A stretch of 64,000 bases of DNA from Octopus vulgaris (taxonomy: Eukaryota). The stretch lies in the NCBI GenBank assembly GCA_951406725.2, contig OX597831.1, positions 64,356,001 to 64,420,000 on the forward strand. Reading direction: 5' to 3'. The notes under the pieces are model-generated. The model was not told the DNA's origin. It worked only from the letters and a program-made list of their open reading frames with translations, and ran no database searches. This document shows positions 50,592 through 64,000 of this stretch, in pieces; the first letter of the stretch is position 1; each line of letters starts with the position of its first letter. Position numbers and translations under genes: made by a program.

Positions 50592-51706
50592 TAATCTATA
50601 TTTTTGTTATTTTTTTATTTGTCTCGCTCGCTGACGTTTCTGGTGTGCAAAATTTTCTGGAGAGCAATTCTTAGTGGTTGAGACCATAGCAGATCCTCTT
50701 CTAGCATTTTATATATATATATATATCTATATATATAAATAATATATACGCATATATGCATACATATATGTACATACTTACATATATATGTATATACAAA
50801 TGCATATATGGGCACAGGACATCACAGAACGTAAACAACATGAAATACGAAATATAAAAATATGGAATACAAACTTTTTTTTGCGAACAACGAAAGAAAC
50901 AAATGGAAAACAAAACAATCAACATAAAAAAACAACCCTTCATCAGTTGTCAGCTGTTTTTCTACTCCGTATTTCGAGCAATTCATGGCAAGATACATCT
51001 TCGACAAAACAGTTGCTCCTGCAAAGTAAATTAAATAAAATTTGGGACTTTGCGAAGGGTCAAAGTTGGTAATGAAAACAGGACAGTGAAAACAAACAGG
51101 AAGGGCTGCTAAGCCTAAACAAGGTGAGTAGACGAACGAGGAGGAACAAGCTCTGACAGGAGACAGACAAGAATGCTGATCAGAAGGAAAGAAGGAAAGA
51201 AGGCTGATGGTCACGTGCGAGCAATGAGAGAGCAAAGGAGTAAGAGTGAAAGAGAGAGAGGGACAGACAGAGAACGGCGAAGGGAAGAGGAAAAGAATTA
51301 GAGGAAGGATGAGAGAGAAAAACAATGAAAGGGGAGAAAGGGAGATGAAAAGAATTGGAGAAAGGAAGAGAGAGGAAATGAAAGGTGAGAGGAAAAGAGA
51401 AAAAGGAAGAGTGAATAAGCGTTGTGTCAAAATTATTAAGATAAAACTTACATGGAAATGGATGTGTGGCATTCAATCATATAATAATAAAAATAATATA
51501 TATATGCATATATGCATAAATATATGTACATACTGACATATATATGTATATACATATGCATATATGGGCACAGGACATCACAGAACGTAAGCAACCTGAA
51601 ATCCCAAATCCAAAAACATGGAATACAAACTTTCCTTTTTCTATTTCGTATTTCGTATTTCATATTGTTTACATTCTGTGACATCCTGTGCCCATATATA
51701 CATATG

Positions 51707-51758
<52 letters not shown>

Positions 51759-51847
51759 TATGTACATATATGTATATATTATTTATATTATTATGTGACT
51801 GAATGCCACGCATCCATTTCCAAGTTTTATATGTATATATATATTCT

Positions 51848-51901
<54 letters not shown>

Positions 51902-51910
51902 CATACATAC

Positions 51911-51965
<55 letters not shown>

Positions 51966-52158
51966 TGCATATGTGTGTATGCATGTAGTGGGTGTCCCAA
52001 AAGTCAAACTGTCCAACCCATGCCAGTATGAAGAATGGTCATTAAATGCTGATGATGATACATACATACATACGTACGTACATACATACATACATACATA
52101 CATACATACATACATGCATGCATGCATGCATGCATGCATACATACATACATACATACA

Positions 52159-52192
<34 letters not shown>

Positions 52193-53382
52193 GTGAGAAT
52201 TTACAAAAAAACAAAATATGAAGTTTGCTGTGTAAACAACAAACAGATGTATTAGTTTAACATTTGGGAAGTCAGAAAGTTTTTTTATGTTTCAAGCCTA
52301 TGCTCTTCGACGGAAAGGAACACAGAAATAAACATGGAAAGAAAATAGAAAAAGGTTTAATGGCTAGCGATCTGTCATGGCAAGATAAATATATATATAA
52401 GCTAAATTTAGATTCAGTAAGGTATTTAAATACCACTTGCTATAATCAGAGCCATGAGGTAATGTGATGACTATTTCAGAAACAGATGTTAAGAATGTTA
52501 TTTTCAACTGATGATCCCAGAATATATTTCTCGCATAGAGAGTGAAATCAATTCATATTGAAATATACATCCTTTACTTATGTATTCCATGCAAGGTAAG
52601 CCTATCACTCTTATTTTCATTGCATTGCCCTCATCATCATCATCATCACCATCATCATTTAACGTCCGTTTTTCCATGCTAGCATGGGTTGGACGGTTCG
52701 ACCGAGGTCTGGGAAGCCAGGAGGCTGCACCAGGCTCCAGTCTGATCTGGCAGTGTTTCTACAGCTGGATGCCCTTCCTAACACCAACCACTCCGTGAGT
52801 GTAGTGGATGCTTTTTACGTGCCACTGGCACATGTGCCAGGGGAAGCTGGCAACAGCCACGATCAGTGGGTGGTTTTTATGTGCCACCTACACAGAAGCT
52901 AGTCAAGGCAGCGCTGGCATCGGCCACGTATAGATGGTGCTTTTTACATGCCACCGGCACAGGTGCCAGGGTAGCCTGGCAACGGCCACGAACGGTTGGC
53001 TCTTTTTACGTGCCAGTCAAGGCAGCGAGTGAGTTACTGGTAGTTTGGAAGTGATGGTTCCGATTATAGCAAGTGGCATTTAAATACCCTATTGAATATA
53101 AATTTAGCTTATATTTTGCTTGTAAAATTGTAAACTTACTAACCACCTTATTATCATTAATAATGGTACTAATGCTACTTTATTTAAAATTATATATATA
53201 TTTAACCATGATAGATTGCTAGCCACTACACATTCTTTATTTTCTCTCTTTGTTTCTTTCTGTGGAAAAGCATAGGCTCAAAATGTTAAAGACCTTTTCA
53301 CTTCCCAAGCGTTATACTAATACATCTGTTTGTTGTCTATGCCACCTGTCTTCGTCTTTTGTTTTTTATGTGAATTCTCCTG

Positions 53383-53421
<39 letters not shown>

Positions 53422-53574
53422 CACACACTTATCTATGCATGCATATGCACTTCTCCCTCAATCATACTTTACCTTCTCAGCACCAAGCATAAAACCACAG
53501 TTCATCACAGTTTTGCAACTTACCAGATCCTGTCAAACCATCCAGACCATGGTATCATGGAAAACAGATGTTAA

Positions 53575-53852
53575 ATGATGATGATGATGGTGGTGGTGGT
53601 GGTGGTGGTGGTGATGGTGGTGGTGGTGATGGTGGTTGTGGTGCTGGTGCTGGTGCTGGTGCTGGTGATGGTGGTGCTGGTGCTGGTGCTGGTGATGGTG
53701 GTGATGGTGGTGGTGCTGGTGGTGCTGGTGGTGGTGATGATGGTGGTGGGTGCTGGTGCTGGTGCTGGTGCTGGTGCTGGTGATGGTGGTGCTGGTGCTG
53801 GTGCTGGTGATGGTGGTGATGGTGGTGGTGCTGGTGGTGGTGGTGGTGGTGG

Positions 53853-53883
<31 letters not shown>

Positions 53884-53970
53884 GCTGGTGCTGATGGTGG
53901 TGATGGTGGTGGTGGTGGTGGTGGTGGTGGTGGTGGTGGTGGTGATGATGATGATGATGATGATGATGAT
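53575..53970. repeat. (GGT/GAT/GCT)n compound microsatellite
   Basis: Direct reading; extends the tail of a family E element. Confidence 0.92.
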
Positions 53971-54105
53971 TCCCAACAATTTGCTTCTAGGTTCAGTTCC
54001 AATGCGTGGCACCTTGGGCAAGTATCTTTTATTATAGCCCTGAGCCAACAAAGCCTTGTCAGTCGATTTGGTAGACAGAAACTGAAAGAATCCCGTTGTA
54101 TATAT

Positions 54106-54147
<42 letters not shown>

Positions 54148-54425
54148 TTTTACAGATCTAGTGATACAGGAATATCAAGATCCAAAACAGAGTATAAAAC
54201 TAGTGTCCAGAAGAAAAAAAAATGTAAAATAAAAGAAAAAATATCTCCCAATTATTAGTAAAAGTAATGACAAACAACAGACAGGGAAAGAGAGACAAAG
54301 ACAAACAAAATGAGCTCAAAAATCAAATACACCTAAAATACGAGATCGATGCCTGCTAAACCAAAATCAAAAGAATCCATTGTCATTAAAAGTGATAATG
54401 ACTTCTTTTTTAACAAAACAAATAA

Positions 54426-54842
54426 GGATCTTTTCAGTTTGAACGGCAGTTTTTTCTAGTGGTGTCATATGAAATTGTCACCCATAATTATGACCCTAGT
54501 GTCGATCTATTGCATTTCAATCTGTTTTAGGGTTAGGGTTAGGGTTAGGCTTAGGGTATCTTTTTATCTTCAGAAATGTAAACAAACCCAATCTGTTTCT
54601 TAAACGAGGGACATATTCATACGGCACAGAATGCGTTTTAACTCAACAGACGTCACTGATTGGTTGAAATTGCAGAAATTGAAGAAAAAGAAACAACAAA
54701 TATCTTACAAACTATAGAATTTTCTCAATAAAGCCAAGAGAAAAAGATGTCTTATAAACACATTCTACCAGTATATGAAGTTTAAAAGTGTTTAGTTACC
54801 TAGAAATTATGTTAAAAACTGCCGTTCAAACCGAAAAGATCC
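54426..54842 (+). mobile_element. MITE, GGATC family, copy 7
   Basis: TIRs; TSD acaaataa/acaaatta. Confidence 0.92.
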
Positions 54843-55391
54843 ACAAATTATTCCAATCGTGATTTTACGAAGGACAAGGTAAAAATAAAATAGATATCTG
54901 TCAGTAAGAGATGAACTTTGCTGTAGAGTGTGGATTGTGAAACAAACGTAGCACTTGATCAACTGTGGGAGGATGTATCAACTCAAGAAGTAGCTCAGAA
55001 ATTACAAGCAAAAACAAAAAAATTGAACTGGACAGTACCAGGAAATTATAATGCCCCAACTTCAAATGAAATATTTAACAGACGCATAATGTGCTGCTAA
55101 AAATATTTAATGACCAACTGAAAGTTCCGGAAAAAAAGCACCTGAATGGCTTATAGTTATTTTTGTAGAAAAAGTGATAGTTCCAATATTTTTGTGAGGA
55201 GTGAAGTACCCACCATTTCCGGTCGTTGCCCACTGTCTGAGGGGAGGGAAGAGAGACACAGAGACAGAAACAAATACAGAGTCAGATAGACAGAATGGAG
55301 AGAGCATGGGGTGATGTAAGAGCGTCACAAGTCAGGAGCATGAGGTGAAAAACAAACGAAATTGGAACAAGAGAAGGAAAGACAGGAGCCA

Positions 55392-55689
55392 ATTGTTCCT
55401 TCTCGAGCCATGCCTGACTCATAAGGGCCGGCTTCCCCGTTTCCTTGGCATATAGGTTCCCCACCTGGACGGGATGCCGGTCCGTCGCAGGTAAGCTGCA
55501 AGATACAGGAGGAAAGAGTGAGAAAAGTTGTGGCGAAAGAGTCAGCAGAAGTTCGCCATTACCTTCTGCCAGAGCCGCGTGGAGCTTTGGTGTTTCGCTC
55601 ATAAACACACACATCGCCCGGTCTGAGATTCGAACCCACGATCCCTCGACCGCGAGTCCGCTGCTCTAACCACTAGGCCATGTGCCTCC
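55392..55689 (-). mobile_element. SINE family C
   Basis: Reverse complement of 3598-3905. Confidence 0.88.
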
Positions 55690-56374
55690 CTTGGACCAGT
55701 TAGGAGGAAGTGAAGAAGTAAAAGGGATGAAGTGGGGCAAAGTGCACATACATCAGAAATATTTAGTATATTTAGTAAACATTGAAGTAGAATGAAGGAG
55801 AAAACGAGAAAGGAGTGGATATGTGTGGTGCCAAGTGAACAAAAGAGAAGGGAGTTATGAATTAGAAAAAGAAAGTAAAGAGAGCTAAAGCTATAAGTGA
55901 GGTCCAGTTGGAGTTAATATGAAATTAAGGGTAAAAATGGTTAGGTATTAACTAATGGTATCGACCACACATTCATAGGTAATACACACATGCACACACA
56001 CACACACGCACACACACACATACATGATGGCTGCAAATTCGTGTTCAAATATTGCCATCACCTGATCAAAAGTCCCACACATGGGAAGGCTAATCTCAAT
56101 AATTACATATATATAAATACATACATGTATGTTTGTGTACATATATACTCTTTACTCTTTTACTTGTTTCAGTCATTTGACTGTGGCCATGCTGGAGCAC
56201 CGCCTTTTAGTCGAGCAGCTCGACCCCAGGACTAATTCTTTGTAAGCCCAGTACTTATTCTATCGGTCTCTTTTGCCGAACCGCTAAGTGACGGGGACGT
56301 AAACACACCAGCATCGGTTGTCAAGCAATGCTAGAGGGACAAACACAGACACACAAACACACACATACACACAA

Positions 56375-56446
<72 letters not shown>

Positions 56447-56781
56447 GACAGGCTTCTTTCAGTTTCTGTCTACCAAATCCACTCAGAAGGCATTGGTCGG
56501 CCCGGGGCTATAGCAGAAGACACTTGCCCAAGGTGCCACGCAGTGGGACTGAACCCGGAACCATGTGGTTGGTTAGCAAGCTACTTACCACACAGCCACT
56601 CCCATATATATATGTATATATATGGTTTATTTTTTCGTTTTATTGAAGTTTGTGGTGGTGGTGGTGGTGGTGATGGTATTGGTAGTGCTAATGGTTGTAG
56701 TGGTGTTGGGAATGGTGGTGGAGGTCATGCTTGTGTCATTTTAAAATATATCTTGCTTGTTACTGCTGATGCTTCAGCTGT

Positions 56782-56813
<32 letters not shown>

Positions 56814-57113
56814 CTGTTCTTTTTGTTGCTGTCTGTGCTTTGTTTTTTGACCATATCAACTAATGGTAGAAAACAATGGTAGGAAAACAACAGCCATACT
56901 GACATTTTTGTTTTAAAATATTAAATTTGCAGTTTTAAATCTCAAAATTTGCCCTTAAAGGGCAAATTTCTCACCATGCCAGCTGGTCCTGCTTGTAGCA
57001 AACTAGATTATCTAGTTAACAATTCAACAGAACTTGGAATACCAGTTAATAAAAAAGCAAATTTTTAAAAAAACTTTCAAACCATGAACATGTGTCTGCT
57101 TGCTCTAGACACA

Positions 57114-57178
<65 letters not shown>

Positions 57179-57348
57179 TAATAATAATAAGGTTTTTTAG
57201 GCATTCACTAGTACAACACTAAGTACAAAACCAAATATATGGCACCCTAGCCATAACACCAACATGAACTTCCAACTTGTTGTCTCTTGAGGTCTCTGGG
57301 TGAGACTTGGAGCCAGCTTGTGCAAATGTAAAGCAAAGGTCAAACATA

Positions 57349-57394
<46 letters not shown>

Positions 57395-57401
57395 TTATTT
57401 A

Positions 57402-57583
57402 TTTCTTTATTGCCCACAAGGAGCTAAACGTAGAGGGGACAAACAAGGACGAACAAAGGGATTAAGTTGATTATATCGACCCCAGTGCGTAACTGGTACT
57501 TATTTAATCGACCCCAAAAGGATGAAAGGCAAAGTCGACCTCGGCGGAATTTGAACTCAGAACGTTGCAGCAGACGAAATATC
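57402..57583 (-). mobile_element. SINE family A, 5'-truncated, in (AAT)n
   Basis: Family match. Confidence 0.85.
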
Positions 57584-58389
57584 GCTAATAATAATAATTA
57601 TGATGATGATGATGATGATGACGACGACAACATGCAACAGTATGCACTGTTAGTACTGACTTGATTTAAAGCTTTATTGTCAAAAAAAGCGGCAAAGTAA
57701 TTAAATCACTTGACGTTGATCCTTGTGAAGAATATAGATTTACCAGCTGTGAGAATGGAGAGATAAATAAAGGAGAACAGCAGAACATAGCATTTGGTCT
57801 CTTATTACAAAACATTGAATTTTCTTATTGTTTCTAACATTGTTTTCCTGACAAGAACAAACTAAATAAGAGTGTCTGGCAAGAGAGAGTGATGAAAGGT
57901 TTTATATTAGGAAGGAGAAAATGATTAGCAGAAGTGTCAAGAATTTGCATGTGACAAGGAAATAAAAGCAAAAATGGTATACTTTATGGCAATGCCTAAG
58001 TGGGAATGGATAACAACAGCGTAGAAGAAAGAGATAAGAACACTGGTTCCATTAAAAGGAAGGAACTATGTTCAAAGATAGTGAAGCTGTGGATTTGGTA
58101 ACAGTGAGATAAAACTGAATGGTGCATGGAAAATTATCTGCTACTCTGCTCTTATCCAATAGAAGATGTTTACATCAAACTGCACAATTCTGGTAATAAA
58201 TACAAGAGTAAACAACCCTTGTGGATTGATATACCATATAGTTAGAATTAAAAGAATAAATCTGCAACATTGATACCCTGGTTATAACAGGGATATGAAG
58301 TTATTATTGTTGTTTTCAAGTTTCAGATAATCCCTGATTAAGCAGACATACAGCCAAAGGTTTTCATGTTTCTAATTTAAGAATGATGC

Positions 58390-58640
58390 CAGCTAGAAGC
58401 ATAGATTGGCATATTTTGGTCATATTATGTGGAGAAAATCCCTGGAGAAGGACATCATGCTCAGAATGGTCAGTGGCAAGAGAGGAAGAGGCCGACCAAG
58501 AACCTGCTGACTTGACACCATCAAGAGTGATACTGGAATGGACATAGCCAATCTGAAAGAAGCGGCCCAGGATAGAACTGACTGGAGGACACTGATCCAT
58601 CGAGTAACCGAGAGTCGACTTCGACTGAGTGGATAGATAG
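58390..58640 (+). pseudogene. RTE LINE 3' end
   Basis: YFGHIM..LEKDIML..GKRGRGRPR..AQDRTDWR. Confidence 0.75.
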
Positions 58641-58984
58641 ATATATAGCCAGCAGTTTTGAAGGGAGGGAGCTAGTCAATTACATTGATCCTAGTTCTTG
58701 ACTGATACTTTATTTTATCAACTCCAGAAAGACAAAAGGTAATGTTGACCTTGGCAAGATTTGAACTCTGAATATGAAGATCTAGAAAAAATATTCCTTT
58801 TTCAGGTAATGTTCTTCCCTTTTTAAGACAGATATGACAGAGATTTGCTAAGTTGAGCAAATGTGTAAAGGCTCCTTCTTCAGGTTACGTCAATTAATTT
58901 TATTTCACAGGTTAATTTTTTCTTGCTCTTTAAATACTAGATAAATTTAGTTGAAGAAATCATTTTACCAAATTAGGAATATTA

Positions 58985-60254
58985 TCAGGTCATCTCATAA
59001 GTTCTGTCTGAATTTTGAATAAAGAAAGCAAGTGATCAAATGCTATATTTAATTGAAATTTAATCATCAACGTACTTTCCTTGATTATCTATGACTTCCT
59101 TCCATCTATTTACAAGCTTTTTAATCCCATCAATGTAAAATTTTTTTGGTTTCAAAGCAAAGAACTTTGAAATGTCAGTTTCGACCTCCTCCTGGCTTGC
59201 GAAAGTTATGTCCCCCAAATGATTCTGTAAACTATGAAACAAATGGTATTCTGAAGGAGCAAGTTCAGGAGAATAAGGCGGATGAGGAATTTTTTCCCAA
59301 CCAAGCTCTTTGATCTTCTGTGATGTGATTTTTGCAGTGTGGTGATCTGATGAAACATCACTCCTTTTTGATTCACTAAAGCAGGTCTATTTTTCTTCAA
59401 AGTTTGGTTCAAACACTCTAATTGCTGACAGCAGACTTGATTGTTGCATTAGATGGTAACAATTCAAAACGAATTACTCCTTTGCATTCCCACCAGATAG
59501 AGAGAAGAACCTGTTTTCCATGAAGTTCCCTTCTCGATTGTGGTTGAGCTTTTCTCTTTTACCAAGCCATTGTTTACGACGTTTAACATTTCAATAGGAG
59601 ATCCATTTTCCATCACCAGTCACAAGTCTATCCAAAAAGGGTGAAATGAATTCGCGAGAATGCAGAGAAGAGCAGACGTCAACTCGAGATTTGCGGTTGC
59701 TTTCAGACAATTCATGAGGCACCCATTTTCCAAGTTTAGGAACCTTTCCAAGTTGTTGAAGATGACGATGAACAGTTGTATGGTTTGAACTAAGCTTTAT
59801 TGCCAATTCTTCAACTGATAATGCAGGATTTTCTTCAGGTAATGCCTCAAGGAGCTTATCATCAAACTCAAATGGACGTTCTGTTTGATCTTCATCTTCA
59901 AGGCTGAAATCTCCACTTCTGAATTTTGCAAACCATCTTCTGCAAATTCTTTCATTCAAGCATTCTGTCCCATAAACTGAGTGTATGTTTCGAGTCGCTT
60001 CGGCTGCAGAGTTTTCTTTTTTGTACTCATAAAGCATTATGTGCCTTAAATGCTCTTTGGATATTTCCATGTTAGAAAGGGTTTTAATCAAAGAAATTTA
60101 AATTCTGTTATTCTGTAAAATAATAGTTAATTAGTTTAAATGGAGACAAATACATAAAAATAATTTTTAATTCCATTAGACATTCTAAAAGACTATTAAA
60201 TTTCATCCAATTTTAAAAAAGGTGAAATTGAACTGAACTTGTGGGATGACCTGA
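58985..60254 (-). mobile_element. Mariner element with decayed DD34D transposase
   Basis: TIR tcaggtcatc(t/c)ca(t/c)aagttc flanked by TA; MEISKEHLRH, WVPHEL, TGDGKW, HPPYSPELAPS. Confidence 0.92.
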
Positions 60255-61119
60255 TATCTTAGCTATTTCAAAGCAATGAAAATCAAAAATGTTATGCCCA
60301 CTTTTGCCTTACTTTCAGTGGAACCTACATGTGATTTTTTTTTAAAGTACCATTTAATATAGGATTACTTGTAGCAATTATCATACATATTATTGCAGGA
60401 GTGGCTGTGTGGTAAGTAGCTTGGTTACCAACCACATGGTTCCGGGTTCAGTCCCACTGCATGGCACCTTGGGCAAGTATCTTCTACTATAGCCTTGGGC
60501 CGACCAAAGCCTTGTGAGTGGATTTGGTAGACGGAAACTGAAAGAAGCCCAATGTGTGTATGTATGTATATATATGTATGCGTGTATGTCTGTGTGTCTG
60601 TGTTTGTCCCCCTAGCATTGCTTGACAACCGATGCTGGTGTGTTTACATCCCCGTCACTTAGCGGTTCGGCAAAAGAGACCGATAGAATAAGTACTGGGC
60701 TTACAAAGAATAAGTCACGGGGTCGAGTTGCACGACTAAAGGCAGTGCTCCAGCATGGCCACAGTCAAATGACTGAAACAAGTAAAAGAGTAAAAAAAAA
60801 AAAAGAGTAATACTTGTAATTATATGATTACTTGTAGTAGTCACCGTATATTACACGAAATATGTGATGACTAAACGAAGCGTAACTTTTAATTTATGAT
60901 GTTCATTTAAATGGCAATTTGTAGACTGATATCTGTTCAGTTGTGTAAATAGTCACAGTGACATTTGTAATTTTTAATTCTATTTTCTCTCTGATGTGCT
61001 GTATAACAGATTATTAGAGTATCTCATTAAGACACACGATGAAAGGATATATGTAGCTAAGATTTGAATATTAATTATATCAAACATTATAAGCACTAAT
61101 TTGACTCATCATTGTCATT

Positions 61120-61153
<34 letters not shown>

Positions 61154-61184
61154 CATTGTTATCAATAGCAAGAAACTGCAGAAA

Positions 61185-61780
61185 ATAGACTTCTTCAAAT
61201 GTCCAGGGGTTATCCTTAGAAGTAGTAGATAGTTTCTGTTACCCAGACAATCAAGTTAGCAGTGGAAGAAGATGCTTTGTAGTTGCTAGAATAAGAATGG
61301 GCTGGGTAAAGTTCAGAGAGCTACTACCTTTGTAAGTAACACAGGGTCTTTTCCTCAAAGTGAAAAGCAGATTGTATGATACCTATGCATGAACAGCCAT
61401 GCTACATGGCAGTGAAATATGGGCTGTGACTACAGAGGATATGCACAGGCTTGAAAGAGATGAAGCTAGTATGATGCTCTGCTGGATGAGAGTGTAAATG
61501 ATTTGAAAGAAAAATTGGGTATAAGAGACATCAGATGTAATGTGCAAGAGAGAGGACTGTCTTGGTATGGTCATGCGATGCTTATGGAAGAAGACGGCTG
61601 CATAAAGAAGTGCCAGTTTTTAGCTGTGGAGGGAACCTGTATCGGGGAAAACCTCGGAAGATGTGGGATGAAGTAGTGAGAAATGATCTTTGGATGTTAA
61701 ACCTCACATAGGAGATGAGACCCCAAGGGGATGAGACCTCTGGCAATTTGCTGTAATTCAGAAGACGTGTCAAGTTAAGT
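61185..61780 (+). pseudogene. RTE LINE 3' relic
   Basis: LEVVDSFCY, RIRMGWVKFRE, MLHGSEIWA, WYGH motifs. Confidence 0.75.
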
Positions 61781-62695
61781 GAAATCGTGGCCATCCACAT
61801 GTACAAGCATGTTCTTTACAATACACATACACATATAGGTGTAGGAGTGGCTGTGTGGTAAGTTGCTTGCTTACGAGCCACATGGTTCCGAGTTCAGTTC
61901 CACTGCGTGGCACCTTGGGCAAGTGCCTTCTATTATAGCCTCAAGCAGACCAAAGCCTTGTGAGTGCATTTGATAGACGGAAACTGAAAGAAGCCCGTCG
62001 TATATATATATATATATATATATGTGTGTATGTGTGTGTATATGTTTGCGTGTCTGTGTTTGTCCCCCCAACATCGCTTGACAACTGATGCTGATGCATT
62101 TACGTCCCTGTAACTTAGCGGTTCAGTAAAAGGAGCCGATAGAATAAGTACTAGACTTACAATGAATAAGTCCTGGGGTAGATTTGCTCAACTAAAGGCG
62201 GTGCTCCAGCATGGCCGCAGTCAAATGACTGAAACAAGTAAAAGAGTAAAGAGAGATATAATCTGTCCTCACACACACACACATACACACACACACACAC
62301 ACATAATCTTTCCTCTGTCAAAACGCCCCTACAACCCATCTTCCCAGAACTGATGATAGTGTCGCTAAGGGAACTCGAAGAGGGCTTTGTTTGCTGTGAA
62401 ATACTAGTAAGACTGTCCGATACCCATGATCACTGATACCCATGATCACCACCCATTGCAGGTCCCTCACCTCTCACATGCCTTTCCACACACTCTCTAT
62501 GCTCTAACATATCTACTACATCCTCTCCCCAGCCACTCCAGTTTCTCTCACCATCACTTTCTGGAATCATGTCTTCCCCATCTCTAAACATCTCTCCTCA
62601 TACTCTTACAGAACATCCCTCTCTGTCTCCTCTGTACAATGTATACTCCGCTGTTCCCTGTGGGTAAGCCCCCACCATACATCTCCAACATCATC

Positions 62696-62736
<41 letters not shown>

Positions 62737-64000
62737 CTTACTGTCTCTCTAACTTCCTCTCTAACTTCCTCTCTAACACTCTCTTCTCTTCCTCTCCTTC
62801 CCTGTTCTTCTCGGGTAGCCAAGTCTCTCCTCTATAGTAAGACAACTATATCTGTCTCTCTGTTATACTCTAACCTCTCTCCTGGTTCATTGTCACTTCC
62901 CTTGGTTCCACTCCCCGCCTCAGCTGAGAAGTTTTTGGCTTCCAAACTACTTGCTGACCCTGCTGGTGTCACTTAAAAAGCACCTGTACTAGTGACACTT
63001 AAAAAGCACGTGTGCTGATACCACATAAAAAACACCTGTGCTGGTACTGTGTACAAAGCATCCAGTACACTTTGTAAAGTGGTTGGCTTAAGGAAGGGCA
63101 TCCAGCTATAGAAACTGTGCCCAAACTTGTGTAGCTTTCTAGCTTGACAGCTCTAGCTGAACTGTCCCACCCCTGCCAACATGGGAAACAGATGTTGCAT
63201 GGTGATGATGATAATGCTGATGATGATGATGATGATGATGCATATAGGTCAGACAGAATTTATTGAGGCAAATTGTTTACAGCCTGATGCCCTCTTTATT
63301 ACCAACTCTTACTTATTTCCAAGTTAGGTATGGCAGTGGAGTAAGAATCTTAGTTCCCAACCATATGGTTCAGGCTTCAGTAATCTCTTACTATTTAGAA
63401 ATCTCTCTATATATATATATACATATATATACATACACACATACATATATATATATATATATATTATTAGTATAGGAAAGAATGGAGCTGAACGAAGATT
63501 TAACAAAATTCCTTTATTTTATTTTCGACATATAAAACTTCAAATTTCCGCACTAAGGCACGGATTTTATGCCCTATGGTCGTAACTTCAACCGTGCCCT
63601 TTCTGTTGTGAGTTTGCTACCCAGGTATCGGTTATCTTTCAAATTATCCGTAACAAGATAATTCATTTGTTTACTTAAATAATATATATATATATATATA
63701 TATAACTATAAATAATATGTAAATATTTGCATATATATGTATGTATATATGCATATATTTATATATTATTTATATTATTATATGATCGAACACCACACAT
63801 CCTTTTCCAAGTAAGTTTTATGTATATATACACACACACACACATATATATATACATATATATATTTATGTGTGTGTGTATATATATATATATATCTGAT
63901 GGGCTTCTTTCAGTTTCCATCTGCTAAATCCACTTACAAAGTTGTGGGTCTAATATAACCTATGGTTAATGACTATAGTAGAGGACACTTGCCCTAGGTG

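Noticed and set aside
53533-54258. Gly/Ala- or Pro-rich ORFs resembling structural proteins
   Set aside because: Triplet expansion continuing a retroposon tail; no splice or unique coding context.

Overview
AT-rich, microsatellite-dense eukaryotic DNA made almost entirely of nested transposable elements. The SINE families resemble those of octopod cephalopods (inference; probably an Octopus intron or intergenic region). I found no convincing host exon. Content: at least five SINE-like families in many copies; seven copies of a ~420-bp GGATC-ended MITE with 8-bp TSDs and internal TTAGGG repeats, plus a ~1-kb foldback relative; four decayed mariner elements; a fragmented hAT transposase partly present as an inverted duplication; Helitron pieces with a PIF1 helicase fragment; many R4/Dong and RTE LINE fragments; two Penelope-type GIY-YIG relics; and a probable LTR with a tRNA-Trp PBS. 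The most notable signals are (1) several type I hammerhead-ribozyme motifs with long stem II extensions, near RT-less GIY-YIG relics or fold-back palindromes, (2) a TSD-flanked ORF1-only (HAL1-like) retroelement whose 3' tail matches the commonest SINE, and (3) the telomeric-repeat-carrying MITE family. Coordinates were read by eye; edges of decayed elements are approximate.
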